Assembly: GCA_963711035.1 (NCBI GenBank)
Contig: CAVQCN010000001.1
Span: 816,900 to 880,899, forward strand
DNA: 64,000 bases
DNA from: an uncultured Chloroflexia bacterium
Lineage (GTDB): Bacteria; Chloroflexota; Dehalococcoidia; DSTF01; WHTK01
Reading direction: 5' to 3'
In this document: positions 18,077 to 27,409 of the stretch, one piece after another
How the letters are laid out: every line of letters starts with the position of its first letter
Numbering within the stretch: position 1 is the stretch's first letter
Translations under genes and position numbers: made by a program
The notes under the pieces: model-generated
Database searches by the model: none
Seen by the model: only the letters and a program-made list of their open reading frames with translations
Told to the model about the DNA's origin: nothing

Positions 18077-18886
18077 CTAGTCGCGCCAGTGGCGCTCGAA
18101 GTAGCCGGCCGGAATTTCCTTCTGCTTCGTCGCGACCATGGCGATGTAGTGCAGCGGCTCGTTCGCCAGCGAGTAGCGGTGGCGGTAACGCCGGTACGCC
18201 TCGATGCGAATCACGTCGTCGCGGGCCAGGTCACGGATCAGCTCGGCGAAGCCGGAGGTGTCCTTTTCCTGAACGAAGGCCTCTTTGATGTTGAAGGCCA
18301 GCACGGCCGGCTCGTCCAGCAGGTCGACGGCCTTGAGGAAGGCCGGAGCCGGAATGTCGCCGAAGCCCAGCGCCGCCACGCAGGTCAGCGCGTTGAGGTG
18401 CAGGTCGCGGATACGCTGCTCCGCGGCGACCGGCATCTGGGTGAGGTCGCAGACGTGGTACTCCTCGTAGCACCAGGGGTTGTCGCGCTCGGTGGCCGTC
18501 TTGGCTTCTTCGATGATGTCGACGCCTACGACGCTGCGAACGTCGGCCTCGTGCAGGGTATAGCCGACCATGCCGTTGCCGGCGCCGACGTCCAGCACAC
18601 GCAGGTCTTCCGCACGGATGCCCTGCTCGCTCATGACTTCCTGCATCAGCGAGACGACCCGCACCGGCGAGTTGCACTTCAAGGCGCGGTAGAACACGCT
18701 CTCGTACAGTCCGGGCACGTTGTAGAGCTCGTGGTAGTCATGCAGACGGATCCGCTTCCACTGTCCGTCCAGCTGAACCTCACACCACTCCTGATCCTGG
18801 GTCAGACGCGCCTCGGGGAAGCGCACCTCCAGGTTCGCCCGGTTTTCACCGATCTTGGTCGTCTCTTTTACTGGAGCATTAGCCAT
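18077..18886 (-). CDS. Class I SAM-dependent methyltransferase
   Basis: Motif I LRVLDVGAGNGMVG. Start trimmed to ATG 18886 (MANAPVKE), which is preceded by GGAGGGG. Confidence 0.8.
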   Translation of the reverse strand: MANAPVKETTKIGENRANLEVRFPEARLTQDQEWCEVQLDGQWKRIRLHDYHELYNVPGLYESVFYRALKCNSPVRVVSLMQEVMSEQGIRAEDLRVLDVGAGNGMVGYTLHEADVRSVVGVDIIEEAKTATERDNPWCYEEYHVCDLTQMPVAAEQRIRDLHLNALTCVAALGFGDIPAPAFLKAVDLLDEPAVLAFNIKEAFVQEKDTSGFAELIRDLARDDVIRIEAYRRYRHRYSLANEPLHYIAMVATKQKEIPAGYFERHWRD

Positions 18887-19393
18887 AGAAAACCCCTCCG
18901 CTTGAAAGGCCTGCAAGATAAAACGAAAGGGGACTATCGAACAGAAGCGCCCGGCTGCCAGTGTTTGAGATACGCAGGCATTTCCAGCCGGACGATACCC
19001 GGCTTCCGCCGAATGCGTCCTCTCTCAGTGGCCTGCGAGGTTAGCTGACGGGTTAGGGCTGAAAGAGCTGCCCCGTCGCACATTCGCGACTGCACCCCGA
19101 TTACTGGTTCCCCCGCTTCCCTCGCTGCTCGGAGGGAATTAGGCCGTAGTGCTCTAGTAGGCTACCCGGGGCCACCCCTTCGTAACAACCGAAGGCTTAC
19201 TCATGAAGCAGCGTTCTTATGGTTATTACCCAAGCAAATGCTGCTTCAAGGACCGAATCGGTGAAGCTGCGTGGCAAACGTCGTCTCCGGCAAACAAACA
19301 GCTTATCTGCCTGCGCATTTGACAGCTTATTCGGGCTTCAAGGACCGCATTTCGGCGAAATCCACAACCCCTCTCCACCGTAGAATGACCATC

Positions 19394-20080
19394 ATGCATG
19401 TTTATGTCCTGCGCGTTTTCACGGACGAAGCCGGCGCCCACGGTAACCCGCTGGGCGTGATCCTCGATACGGCCACGCTCGACGACAGCGAGCGCCAGCA
19501 GATCGCGGCACGCCTCGGCTTCAGCGAAACCGTCTTCGTGGACGATCCGGCGCAGGCACGGCTGCGCATCTTCACCCCGACCCGCGAGTTGCCGCTGGCC
19601 GGCCACCCCCTCGTCGGCACGTCATGGCTGCTCTCGAAGCTGGCCGGTGCGCCCATCTCGCTCCTGCAGCCCGCGAAGGCCGCACCCGTCGCCACCTGGC
19701 AATCCGACGGCGTGACCTGGATCCGCGCCCGCGTCGCCGACGCACCGGACTGGGGCTTCATTCAGCTCGAGGCGCCGGCCGAAATCGACGCCCTGGCCGT
19801 GCCGCCGGCGCCGGAGTATGTCCACCACGTCTTCTGGGCCTGGCAGGACGAGGCGGCCGGCACCGTCCGGGCGCGGGCGTTTGCCGGCGCTTCGGGCATC
19901 GCCGAGGACGAAGCAACCGGCTCAGCGGCGCTGGTCCTAGTGGATCGCCTGGCGCGCCCGCTGACGATCCGGCAGGGCCACGGCTCGATGATCTACGCGC
20001 GACCAGCCTTGGACGGATACACAGAGGTAGGTGGCCGCGTTACGGAAGATAAGGCGATCGAAGGGATGGAGCTCTCGTGA
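19394..20080 (+). CDS. PhzF family isomerase-like protein
   Basis: [24 protein letters not shown]...FSETVFV. Alternative start 19385. TAGAAT at 19381-19386 would make the mRNA leaderless. Confidence 0.8.
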   Translation: MHVYVLRVFTDEAGAHGNPLGVILDTATLDDSERQQIAARLGFSETVFVDDPAQARLRIFTPTRELPLAGHPLVGTSWLLSKLAGAPISLLQPAKAAPVATWQSDGVTWIRARVADAPDWGFIQLEAPAEIDALAVPPAPEYVHHVFWAWQDEAAGTVRARAFAGASGIAEDEATGSAALVLVDRLARPLTIRQGHGSMIYARPALDGYTEVGGRVTEDKAIEGMELS

Positions 20081-20144
20081 TCGGCAGCGCGAACCAAATA
20101 CGGAACGATTCGCACAGGCGATGCTATACTGACCCGAGTCATTC

Positions 20145-21627
20145 ATGATTCCCGCCAGCGTTTCCGAAACGTACGAAGTCGTCATCGGACTTGAAGTCCA
20201 CGCCCAGCTACGGACGCGGTCCAAGATGTTCTGTCGCTGCAGCGCCCATTACACCGGCGATGCACCCAACACACACGTCTGCCCGGTCTGCATGGGCATG
20301 CCTGGCGTCCTGCCCGTGATCAACGCGCAGGCCGTCGAAGTCGACGATCATGACCGGCCTCGCACTCAACTGTGAAATCCCGGAGATGGCGAAGTTCGAC
20401 CGCAAGAACTATCCCTATCCAGACCTCATGAAGGGCTACCAGATTTCTGAATACGACATGCCTCTTTGCCGCAACGGCTGGGTGGACGTCGAGGTTGAGG
20501 GCAAGCGCACGCGAATCCGCATCAACCGGGTCCATCTCGAAGAAGATACGGCCCGCCTGCTGCACCGCAGCGACGGCACCGGCGACACCTTCTCGCTGCT
20601 CGATGTCAACCGCGCCGGCATGCCGCTGATGGAGATCGTCACGGAGCCCGACGCGCGCTCGCCGGCCGAAGCCGTCGCCTACCTGATGAAGCTGCGCCAG
20701 ACGCTGCGCTACCTCGGCGTGAGCGATGCCAACATGGAAGAAGGCAGCTTCCGGTGCGAGCCCAACCTCAGCCTGCGACCGCGAGGCTCAACGGAGTTCG
20801 GCGCCAAGGTTGAGCTGAAGAACCTGGCTAGCTTCCGCGCCGCCCTGCACGGCATGGAGTTCGAGGTCGAGCGTCAGGGCCGCATTCTCTCCGAGGGCGG
20901 CAAAGTCCTCTCGGAGACGCGCGGCTGGCGCGACGAGACCGGCGAGACCGTCAGCCAGCGCTCCAAGGAAGAAGCGCACGACTACCGCTACTTCCCGGAG
21001 CCCGACCTGCCGCCGCTCACCGTCGCGCGACCTTATGTCGAAGAGCTACGCTCCCGTCTGCCGGAGCTACCGGACGCGCGCCGCGAGCGTTTCATCACCG
21101 AATACGGGCTCGGCGACTACGAGGCCAACTTGCTGGTCGAGACGAAGACGCGAGCTGAGTACTTCGAGGCCGCGCTTCGGGCCGGCAGCGTCACCCAGCA
21201 GCGCGCCAAACTGGTGAGCAACTGGCTGCTGGGCGATTTCAGCCGCCAACTCAACGCTGCCAACATCGAGATCAATCAGTCCAAGATTCAACCCAGCCAG
21301 CTGTCGACCCTCATCGACCTCATCGAAGGGAACAAGATCAGTGGCTCCGCTGCGAAGCAGGTACTGGAGGACATGTTCAGCAGCGGCAAGGACCCGGACG
21401 CCATCGTCGCCGAGCGCGGCCTCGGCACGATCGACGACAGCAACGTCGTCCTCGAGGCTGTCACCAGGGTCATCGCCGCCAACGAGAAGGCCGCGGCCGA
21501 TTACCGGTCCGGCAAGGCCGAGGCGATCAAATTCCTTGTCGGCCAGGTCATGAAGGAGACGCGCGGCCGGGCCAACGCCGCCGATGTGCAGTCCCTTCTG
21601 CAACAGGAACTGGAGCGAACCAACTGA
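20145..21627 (+). pseudogene. gatB: Asp/Glu-tRNA amidotransferase subunit B, split by a +1 frame disruption near 20338-20340 as sequenced
   Basis: Track ORFs 20145..20375 ([13 protein letters not shown]...[19 protein letters not shown]) and 20350..21627 ([21 protein letters not shown]...) are the two halves of GatB. Removing one base gives [16 protein letters not shown], collinear with canonical GatB. 1483 nt minus 1 equals 494 codons. Confidence 0.9.
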
Positions 21628-21654
21628 TCGACGCAGCCAGGCCCCGGCTCTGAC

Positions 21655-22995
21655 ATGAACGATAACTTCCGCCAGACGATGCGCTCCTTCTGGAACAGCA
21701 CCTTCGTCAAGTGGTTCTACTTCGGTATGCATATCAAGCGCTGGCTCGCGCTGGTGCTCGTCGGCGTCGCGATCATGGGCCTGGGCTTTGGCTACATCCT
21801 GCGCGAGATATATGTCACCACAACGTTCCCAGCCTGGGTGTACTACCTGACCCTGCAGTTCTTGCCCCGCATCGCGCGCGGCCTCTTATTCATCGCCGTC
21901 GCAGGCGGCATCATCCTGTTCGGCGTCTGGAAGCTGAACACGTCGCTACTGGCGGCGTTCCGCACTCCCGGCGATGACAGCATCATCGACGCCATCTACC
22001 GCTACCGCTACCAGGCCCGCGGCCCGAAGATCGTTGCCATCGGCGGCGGCACCGGTCTGCCGGTCCTGCTGCGCGGCCTCAAGGAGCACACGAGCAACCT
22101 CACCGCTATCGTCACGGTCGGCGACGACGGCGGCTCATCGGGACGCCTGCGCCGCGAGCTCGGCGTCCTGCCGCCCGGCGACGTGCGCAACTGCATCGCC
22201 GCGCTGGCCGAAGCCGAGCCCTTGATGACGCGCCTCTTCCAGTACCGCTTCAACGAGGGCACCGGCCTGGAGGGCCATAGCTTCGGCAACCTGTTCATCG
22301 TCGCCATGTCGGGCATCACGGGGAACTTCGAAGAGGCCGTACGCGAGACCAGCCGCGTCCTCGCCGTACGGGGCCTGATCCTGCCCTCGACGCTGAACCA
22401 CGTCACGGTGCACGCCCGCACCGACACCGAAGAGATGATCAGCGGCGAGTCCAACATCACAAGCCACGGCTCGCGCATCAGCCAGATCTTCCTGCAGCCG
22501 TCCTCGGTGCAGGCCAACCCGGAGGCGGTACGCGCCATCCTCGAGGCGGATATGGTGATCTGCGGCCCCGGCAGCCTGCTCACGAGCGTGCTGCCCAACC
22601 TGCTTGTTGACGGCATCCGCCAGGCGATGGCGGTCTCACCCGCGACGAAGATCTACGTCTGCAACGTTGCCACGCAGCAGGGAGAGACGGACGACTTCGC
22701 CGTCAGCGACCACTTCGAGACGCTGGTCAAACACGTCGGCCCGGGGCTGTTCAACTACGTCATCGCCAACGATAACGTGGCCGGGCCGCTGCCGGAGGCG
22801 TGGCACTCACAGCCCGTCTCCATCGACAGCACTGTGATGGACGGCGCCCGCGTCGTCACGGCGGACGTCGTGTCGGAGAAGAACCGCTATCACCACGATT
22901 CGGAGAAGCTGGCGACGACCATCATGCGCCTCTACGCCGGCCGCAACCAACTCGAAGCAGCCCAGGAGCTAGCGGCAGCCCGCGCAGGACGCTAA
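21655..22995 (+). CDS. YvcK/CofD-like (UPF0052, gluconeogenesis factor family) protein with an N-terminal membrane extension
   Basis: IVAIGGGTGLPVLLRGLK, VTVGDDGGSSGRLR, LPPGDVRNCIAALAE. About 115 extra N-terminal residues carry 2-3 predicted TM helices. Confidence 0.85.
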   Translation: MNDNFRQTMRSFWNSTFVKWFYFGMHIKRWLALVLVGVAIMGLGFGYILREIYVTTTFPAWVYYLTLQFLPRIARGLLFIAVAGGIILFGVWKLNTSLLAAFRTPGDDSIIDAIYRYRYQARGPKIVAIGGGTGLPVLLRGLKEHTSNLTAIVTVGDDGGSSGRLRRELGVLPPGDVRNCIAALAEAEPLMTRLFQYRFNEGTGLEGHSFGNLFIVAMSGITGNFEEAVRETSRVLAVRGLILPSTLNHVTVHARTDTEEMISGESNITSHGSRISQIFLQPSSVQANPEAVRAILEADMVICGPGSLLTSVLPNLLVDGIRQAMAVSPATKIYVCNVATQQGETDDFAVSDHFETLVKHVGPGLFNYVIANDNVAGPLPEAWHSQPVSIDSTVMDGARVVTADVVSEKNRYHHDSEKLATTIMRLYAGRNQLEAAQELAAARAGR

Positions 22996-23006
22996 ACTGT
23001 GAGCCT

Positions 23007-23231
23007 ATGACCTTCGAAAACTACCTCAATGTTGCGCAGATCCTGATCTCGGTCGTGCTGATCGGCGTCGTGCTGTTGCAGTCGAAGGGTTCCGGCTTCG
23101 GTGCCGGCCTCGGCGGCACGACGTCGTCATTCCGCACGCGGCGCGGGCTGGAGAAGACGCTGTTCCAGGCCACCATCGTCCTCGGTGCACTCTTCCTGGC
23201 CATGTCCGCCTGGAGCGTGGCTGCCACCTAA
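23007..23231 (+). CDS. secG: Preprotein translocase subunit SecG
   Basis: 74 aa, MTFENYLNVAQILISVVLIGVVLLQSKGSGFGAGLGG. Start trimmed to ATG 23007. Confidence 0.85.
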   Translation: MTFENYLNVAQILISVVLIGVVLLQSKGSGFGAGLGGTTSSFRTRRGLEKTLFQATIVLGALFLAMSAWSVAAT

Positions 23232-23261
23232 AACCCCGTCCCGTCTACCCCAAGAGAGAGC

Positions 23262-24869
23262 ATGCACAGGCGCCGTGATCGCTGGCTGTTTCTGCTCGTT
23301 CTGGTCGTCGGCATTGCCGGCTTCTGCGGCGTCTGGTACTCGTCGACGCGAGGAAGCGGTAGTGGTACACCCGAAATCGGAGGCGACTACGTCGAAGGCG
23401 TCGCCGGCAAAGCGCAGCGCATCAACCCGCTGTTCGCCGGCTACAACGACGTCGACGACTCGTTGGTCTCGCTCGTCTTCGCCGGCCTCACACGTCTCGA
23501 CAACAATGGACGGCCTTATCCCGACCTGGCATCGAACTGGACCGTCAGCAGCGACGGCCTGACCTACACCTTCGACCTGCGCCCCGGCCTCGTCTGGCAG
23601 GACGGCAAACCGCTCACCGCGTCGGATGTCGTCTTCACGTACGACATGGTGCGCAACCCCGCCGTTCACACGACGTCGCCTCTTGCCCAGCTCTTGGCCG
23701 ATGCCAAGGTGGCCGCTCCGAACGACAACACAGTGCAGATCACGTTGACGCAGCCCTACTCACCCCTGCCTGCCTATCTGACGCTGGGCATCCTACCGCA
23801 GCACCTGCTCACGGACGTTACGCCGGCCGACCTGTTCGATGCGCCCTTCAACCAGCAGCCGGTCGGCGCCGGGCCGTACCGCCTCGAGCAGCTTACGGAC
23901 GACGAGGCGGTGTTGGCGGCAAACACCGCCTACCATTTCTCGGCCCCGTTCATCCCACACATCCATCTGCGCTTCTACACTGACGAGGAAGGCCTGCTGA
24001 CCGCACTACAAGCCGGAGACATCGACGGCGCCCTGTTCACGACCGGCCTGAGCCGCGACGACCGCCTGCGACTGGAGGACTCCCACCACACACTGACGGA
24101 GCTCAGCAGCGGCCAGATGACGTTCGTTTACCTCAATTTGGAGCAGAACGAGTTCCAGGACGCGCAGGTGCGCCGCAGCCTGCTCGCCGCGTTGGACCGC
24201 AACGAGATCGCGGGACTGGTCTACGGGGGCCTGGCCACGGCCGCGGACTCCCCAATCCCGGCGGGCATCTGGAGCCACAAGGTCGCTATACAGGACACGT
24301 CGGCCGATCTCACCCTCGCGACACAGCTCCTCGATGCGGCCGGGCTCAAGCCCGACGTGGATGGAGTGCGCCTGCGCTTCGACCTGGCAGTCGACCCCGA
24401 CCCCGTACACATCACCGTCGCCAACGACATCGCCCGCCAGTGGCAGCAGATCGGCGTGGTCGCGACGGTGAAGGTGATGGGCAACACGGAGCTCAACCGG
24501 GACGAACTTGAGCCGCGTTCGTACCAGGCCGCGCTGGTGACGGTCGACACGGGCCCGGCACCGGACCCGTACTCGATGTGGCACAGCAGCGAGATCGACG
24601 CCGAGGGCAAGAACCTGGCCGCGGTGCGCGACGAAAACCTCGACAAGCTGCTGGAGCAGGCGCGTGAGACGCCATCGCAGGGAGAACGGGAGGACCTCTA
24701 CCGGCAGTTCCAGTCACTGTTCGCCCAGGACCTGCCGTCGCTGCCGATCTACACGCAGAATGAGCTATACGTCCAGAAGGACTCGGTTCATGGGGTGCGC
24801 GCCGGGTATCTGCCCTACCCAGGCGCGCGGTTCTGGCAGGTACAGGAGTGGTACGTAGAGACCCGGTAA
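23262..24869 (+). CDS. ABC transporter substrate-binding protein, family 5 (peptide/nickel type), membrane-anchored
   Basis: 535 aa with an N-terminal TM anchor. LVFAGLTRLDNNGRPYPDLASNWTVSSDGLTYTFDLRPGLVWQDG is a typical SBP_bac_5 core. No permease genes are adjacent. Confidence 0.85.
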   Translation: MHRRRDRWLFLLVLVVGIAGFCGVWYSSTRGSGSGTPEIGGDYVEGVAGKAQRINPLFAGYNDVDDSLVSLVFAGLTRLDNNGRPYPDLASNWTVSSDGLTYTFDLRPGLVWQDGKPLTASDVVFTYDMVRNPAVHTTSPLAQLLADAKVAAPNDNTVQITLTQPYSPLPAYLTLGILPQHLLTDVTPADLFDAPFNQQPVGAGPYRLEQLTDDEAVLAANTAYHFSAPFIPHIHLRFYTDEEGLLTALQAGDIDGALFTTGLSRDDRLRLEDSHHTLTELSSGQMTFVYLNLEQNEFQDAQVRRSLLAALDRNEIAGLVYGGLATAADSPIPAGIWSHKVAIQDTSADLTLATQLLDAAGLKPDVDGVRLRFDLAVDPDPVHITVANDIARQWQQIGVVATVKVMGNTELNRDELEPRSYQAALVTVDTGPAPDPYSMWHSSEIDAEGKNLAAVRDENLDKLLEQARETPSQGEREDLYRQFQSLFAQDLPSLPIYTQNELYVQKDSVHGVRAGYLPYPGARFWQVQEWYVETR

Positions 24870-25684
24870 TCCCACCGCCCATCATCGCGTTGCTCACCGA
24901 CTTCGGCAGCAGCGACGCCTACGTCGGCATCATGAAGGGCGTCATTCTCTCGCGGGCGCCTCAAGCGCGCATCGTTGACGTCAGCCATGAGATCAAGCCG
25001 CAGGCCACGCTGGAAGCCGCGTTCCTGCTGCAGAGTGCCTGGCATTACTTCCCCACGACGACGGTCTTCGTCTGTGTCGTCGACCCGGGCGTCGGGACGG
25101 ACCGGCGACGCATCGCCCTGATCGCCGACGGGCGTGTGTTCATCGGGCCGGACAACGGCTGCCTCTCCGCTGCCTTGCCGGACGAGCTGCGCGGCCTTCG
25201 CGAAGACGAGTACTCGCCACGACCGGTACGACTGCGGCCCGATCTGCTGGCCGTCTCCATCGAGAACCCAACGCTGTTCCAGCGCCCCGTCAGCGCCACC
25301 TTCGAAGGGCGGGACGTGTTTGCGCCCGTCGCCGCCTATGTGACGGCCGGCGGTACCCTCACCGACCTGGGACCTCGTATCGACCAGATGCAGGCGCTGC
25401 CAGCCTTCGCGGCGCCACGGGGACCCGAAGGCATCGACGGCGTCATCATCCACGTTGACGCCTTCGGCAACCTGATCACGGACATTCGCGGCGAGGACGT
25501 GACGCCGGACACGACCCTCGCCCTGCAGGGACGGCGCTTTCCGCTCGTTCACACCTACGGCAAGTCGCGACAGCCCGCCGCGCTCGTCGGCTCCAGCGGC
25601 TACGTCGAGCTCGCCGTGCCCAACGGCGATGCGTCCGTCGTGCTCGGCGCCGGCATCGGCGACCGGGTACGAGCCGTGCCTTAG
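24848..25684 (+). CDS. SAM hydrolase / SAM-dependent halogenase family protein (DUF62)
   Basis: IALLTDFGSSDAYVGIMKGVI..., VVDPGVGT, FGNLITD. The GTG start is uncertain. Confidence 0.85.
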   Translation: MVRRDPVIPPPIIALLTDFGSSDAYVGIMKGVILSRAPQARIVDVSHEIKPQATLEAAFLLQSAWHYFPTTTVFVCVVDPGVGTDRRRIALIADGRVFIGPDNGCLSAALPDELRGLREDEYSPRPVRLRPDLLAVSIENPTLFQRPVSATFEGRDVFAPVAAYVTAGGTLTDLGPRIDQMQALPAFAAPRGPEGIDGVIIHVDAFGNLITDIRGEDVTPDTTLALQGRRFPLVHTYGKSRQPAALVGSSGYVELAVPNGDASVVLGAGIGDRVRAVP

Positions 25685-25786
25685 AGAGTTGTCTGTGATC
25701 CAGAGCTGTCGGCCCATCTCTTGTCAGGGCCCGTCGGCAGAGACCGCGGCGCGGTTCGCCGCCGGGTAATGGCCTAGAATCGCCCT

Positions 25787-26746
25787 ATGCGCATCGTCTT
25801 CCTTGGCTCGCCCGACTTTGCCCTGCCATCGCTCGAAGCGCTGGTGGCGGGCCCGCACAACGTTGCGGCCGTCGTCACGCAGCCGGACCGGCCGTCGGGG
25901 CGCGGCCACGCGCTGCGCCCACCACCGGTGAAGGAGGCTGCCCTGCGCCACGGCCTGGCGGTACTGCAACCGGAGCGAGTCGGCAGCGCCGAATCGTGCA
26001 CCGAGATCGAGAAGCTGGAGCCCGACGCGCTGGTCGTCGCCGCCTACGGCCAAATCCTCAGCCAACGCCTGCTGGATGTACCGAAACGCGGTACCCTCAA
26101 CGTGCACCCCTCCCTGCTGCCTCGCTGGCGAGGCGCGTCACCCGTTGCGGCGGCCATCCTGGCCGGCGACGAGCTAACCGGCGTCACCATCATGGAAATG
26201 GTGCGCGCCCTCGATGCCGGGCCGATGGTAGCCAGGCTCGAAGTCGCAATCTCACCCCACGACACGACAGGCACGCTGGAGGCGCGGCTGGCACAGGATG
26301 GCGCCGACCTACTGGCGCGCAACATCGATGCGTGGGCCAGCCGTGATCTGACTCCTCAGCCCCAGGACGAATCACTGGTCACCTACGCACCGCAGATCCA
26401 GCGCCAGGAGGGGCGAATCGACTGGAGCCAACCCGCGACTGACATCTGGCGCCGGGTGCGCGCCTACAGCCCCTGGCCCGCCGCCTTCACGACCTCGCGC
26501 GGCGAGGAGCTGAAGGTGTGGCGGGCGTGGCCGTTGGAAGGCGATTCGGCGAAAGCCCCCGGCACCGTGCTCGGCCTCGAGCGCCTGCCAGACGAGGCGC
26601 GCGAACCCGCCGAGGCGCTCATCGTGCAGACGGGCGCCGGCAGGCTGGCGCTACGCAGCGTGCAGCGCGCCGGACGCAAGGCCACGACCGGCGCTGAGTT
26701 CCTGCGCGGTCAGCGTGACCTGATCGATACGCGGTTGGGAGACTAG
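25787..26746 (+). CDS. fmt: Methionyl-tRNA formyltransferase
   Basis: MRIVFLGSPDFALPSLEAL..., NVHPSLLPRWRGASP, 319 aa. Confidence 0.95.
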   Translation: MRIVFLGSPDFALPSLEALVAGPHNVAAVVTQPDRPSGRGHALRPPPVKEAALRHGLAVLQPERVGSAESCTEIEKLEPDALVVAAYGQILSQRLLDVPKRGTLNVHPSLLPRWRGASPVAAAILAGDELTGVTIMEMVRALDAGPMVARLEVAISPHDTTGTLEARLAQDGADLLARNIDAWASRDLTPQPQDESLVTYAPQIQRQEGRIDWSQPATDIWRRVRAYSPWPAAFTTSRGEELKVWRAWPLEGDSAKAPGTVLGLERLPDEAREPAEALIVQTGAGRLALRSVQRAGRKATTGAEFLRGQRDLIDTRLGD

Positions 26747-26750
26747 CGGC

Positions 26751-27389
26751 CTAGGCCTCCGGCGCGGCTGCTTGCCCCTCTTCGGCGGCCTCGGCTGCTG
26801 TTTCGGCGGCGGAAGCACCTTCGACAGAGACACGCGGGCTCGCTACCTTCGCAATGACGACGTCGGGCTCGTTCAGCACCGTGACGTTCTCCGGCAGGTT
26901 GAGGTCACGCACGTGGATCGAATCTTCGAGCTGAGTCATGATCGCGATGTCGACCTCTATGCGAGTCGGCATGTCCAACGGCAACGCCTCGACGTGAATC
27001 GTCTCAACGCCAGACATTAGCACGCCGTTGAACGTGCTAACGGCCTCGGAGCTGCCTATAAGGACAATCGGGACTTCGCCGCGCATCTTCTCGCGCAGCG
27101 ACACCTGGTAGAAGTCGGCGTGCAAGATGCTGCTGTTCAGCGGATGACGCTGCACCTTGTGGATGACGACGGAGCGCGTGGCCGGCTCCCCAGCCACCTT
27201 GAGGTCGATTACCTCGTTCGCGGTGGCCGCCTTCAGCGTCTGCTCTAGGTCCTCGCCCAGGAGCTGCACGGAGACGGACTCGATGCCATGGCCGTAGATG
27301 TTGGCCGGTAGCACGCCTGCTCGGCGCAGCTGCGCCACCTTCTTACCAGACACCTGGCGCGGTTCAACCGTGAGCTCCTTGCGAGCCAT
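26751..27389 (-). CDS. rplY: 50S ribosomal protein L25 / general stress protein Ctc
   Basis: MARKELTVEPRQVSGKKVAQLRRAGVLPANIYGHG..., with an acidic/Ala-rich C-terminal tail. Confidence 0.9.
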   Translation of the reverse strand: MARKELTVEPRQVSGKKVAQLRRAGVLPANIYGHGIESVSVQLLGEDLEQTLKAATANEVIDLKVAGEPATRSVVIHKVQRHPLNSSILHADFYQVSLREKMRGEVPIVLIGSSEAVSTFNGVLMSGVETIHVEALPLDMPTRIEVDIAIMTQLEDSIHVRDLNLPENVTVLNEPDVVIAKVASPRVSVEGASAAETAAEAAEEGQAAAPEA

Positions 27390-27409
27390 CGCTTCCCTCC
27401 GAGTCTTGT

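Noticed and set aside
19203-19322. 39-codon Cys-containing ORF ([39 protein letters not shown]) in the long intergenic region.
   Set aside because: The third-codon positions are not GC-biased, unlike every convincing gene here. There is no Shine-Dalgarno, so it is more likely non-coding.
18887-19393. Assignment of the long intergenic region to RNase P RNA, tmRNA, SRP RNA, or a cobalamin/TPP/SAM-IV/glycine/ZTP riboswitch.
   Set aside because: The conserved cores as I remember them are absent on both strands (GGAAAGUCCGGGC, a tRNA-like 3' end with CCA, GGAAGCAGCC, the B12 box, CUGAGA...ACCC, and others). There is only a loose resemblance to a SAM-IV segment (GGGGTGGCCCCGGGT).
20320-20352. Programmed ribosomal frameshifting in gatB.
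   Set aside because: There is no slippery heptamer or stimulatory structure at the junction. Similar single-base breaks also occur in four other unrelated genes, which argues for indel errors.
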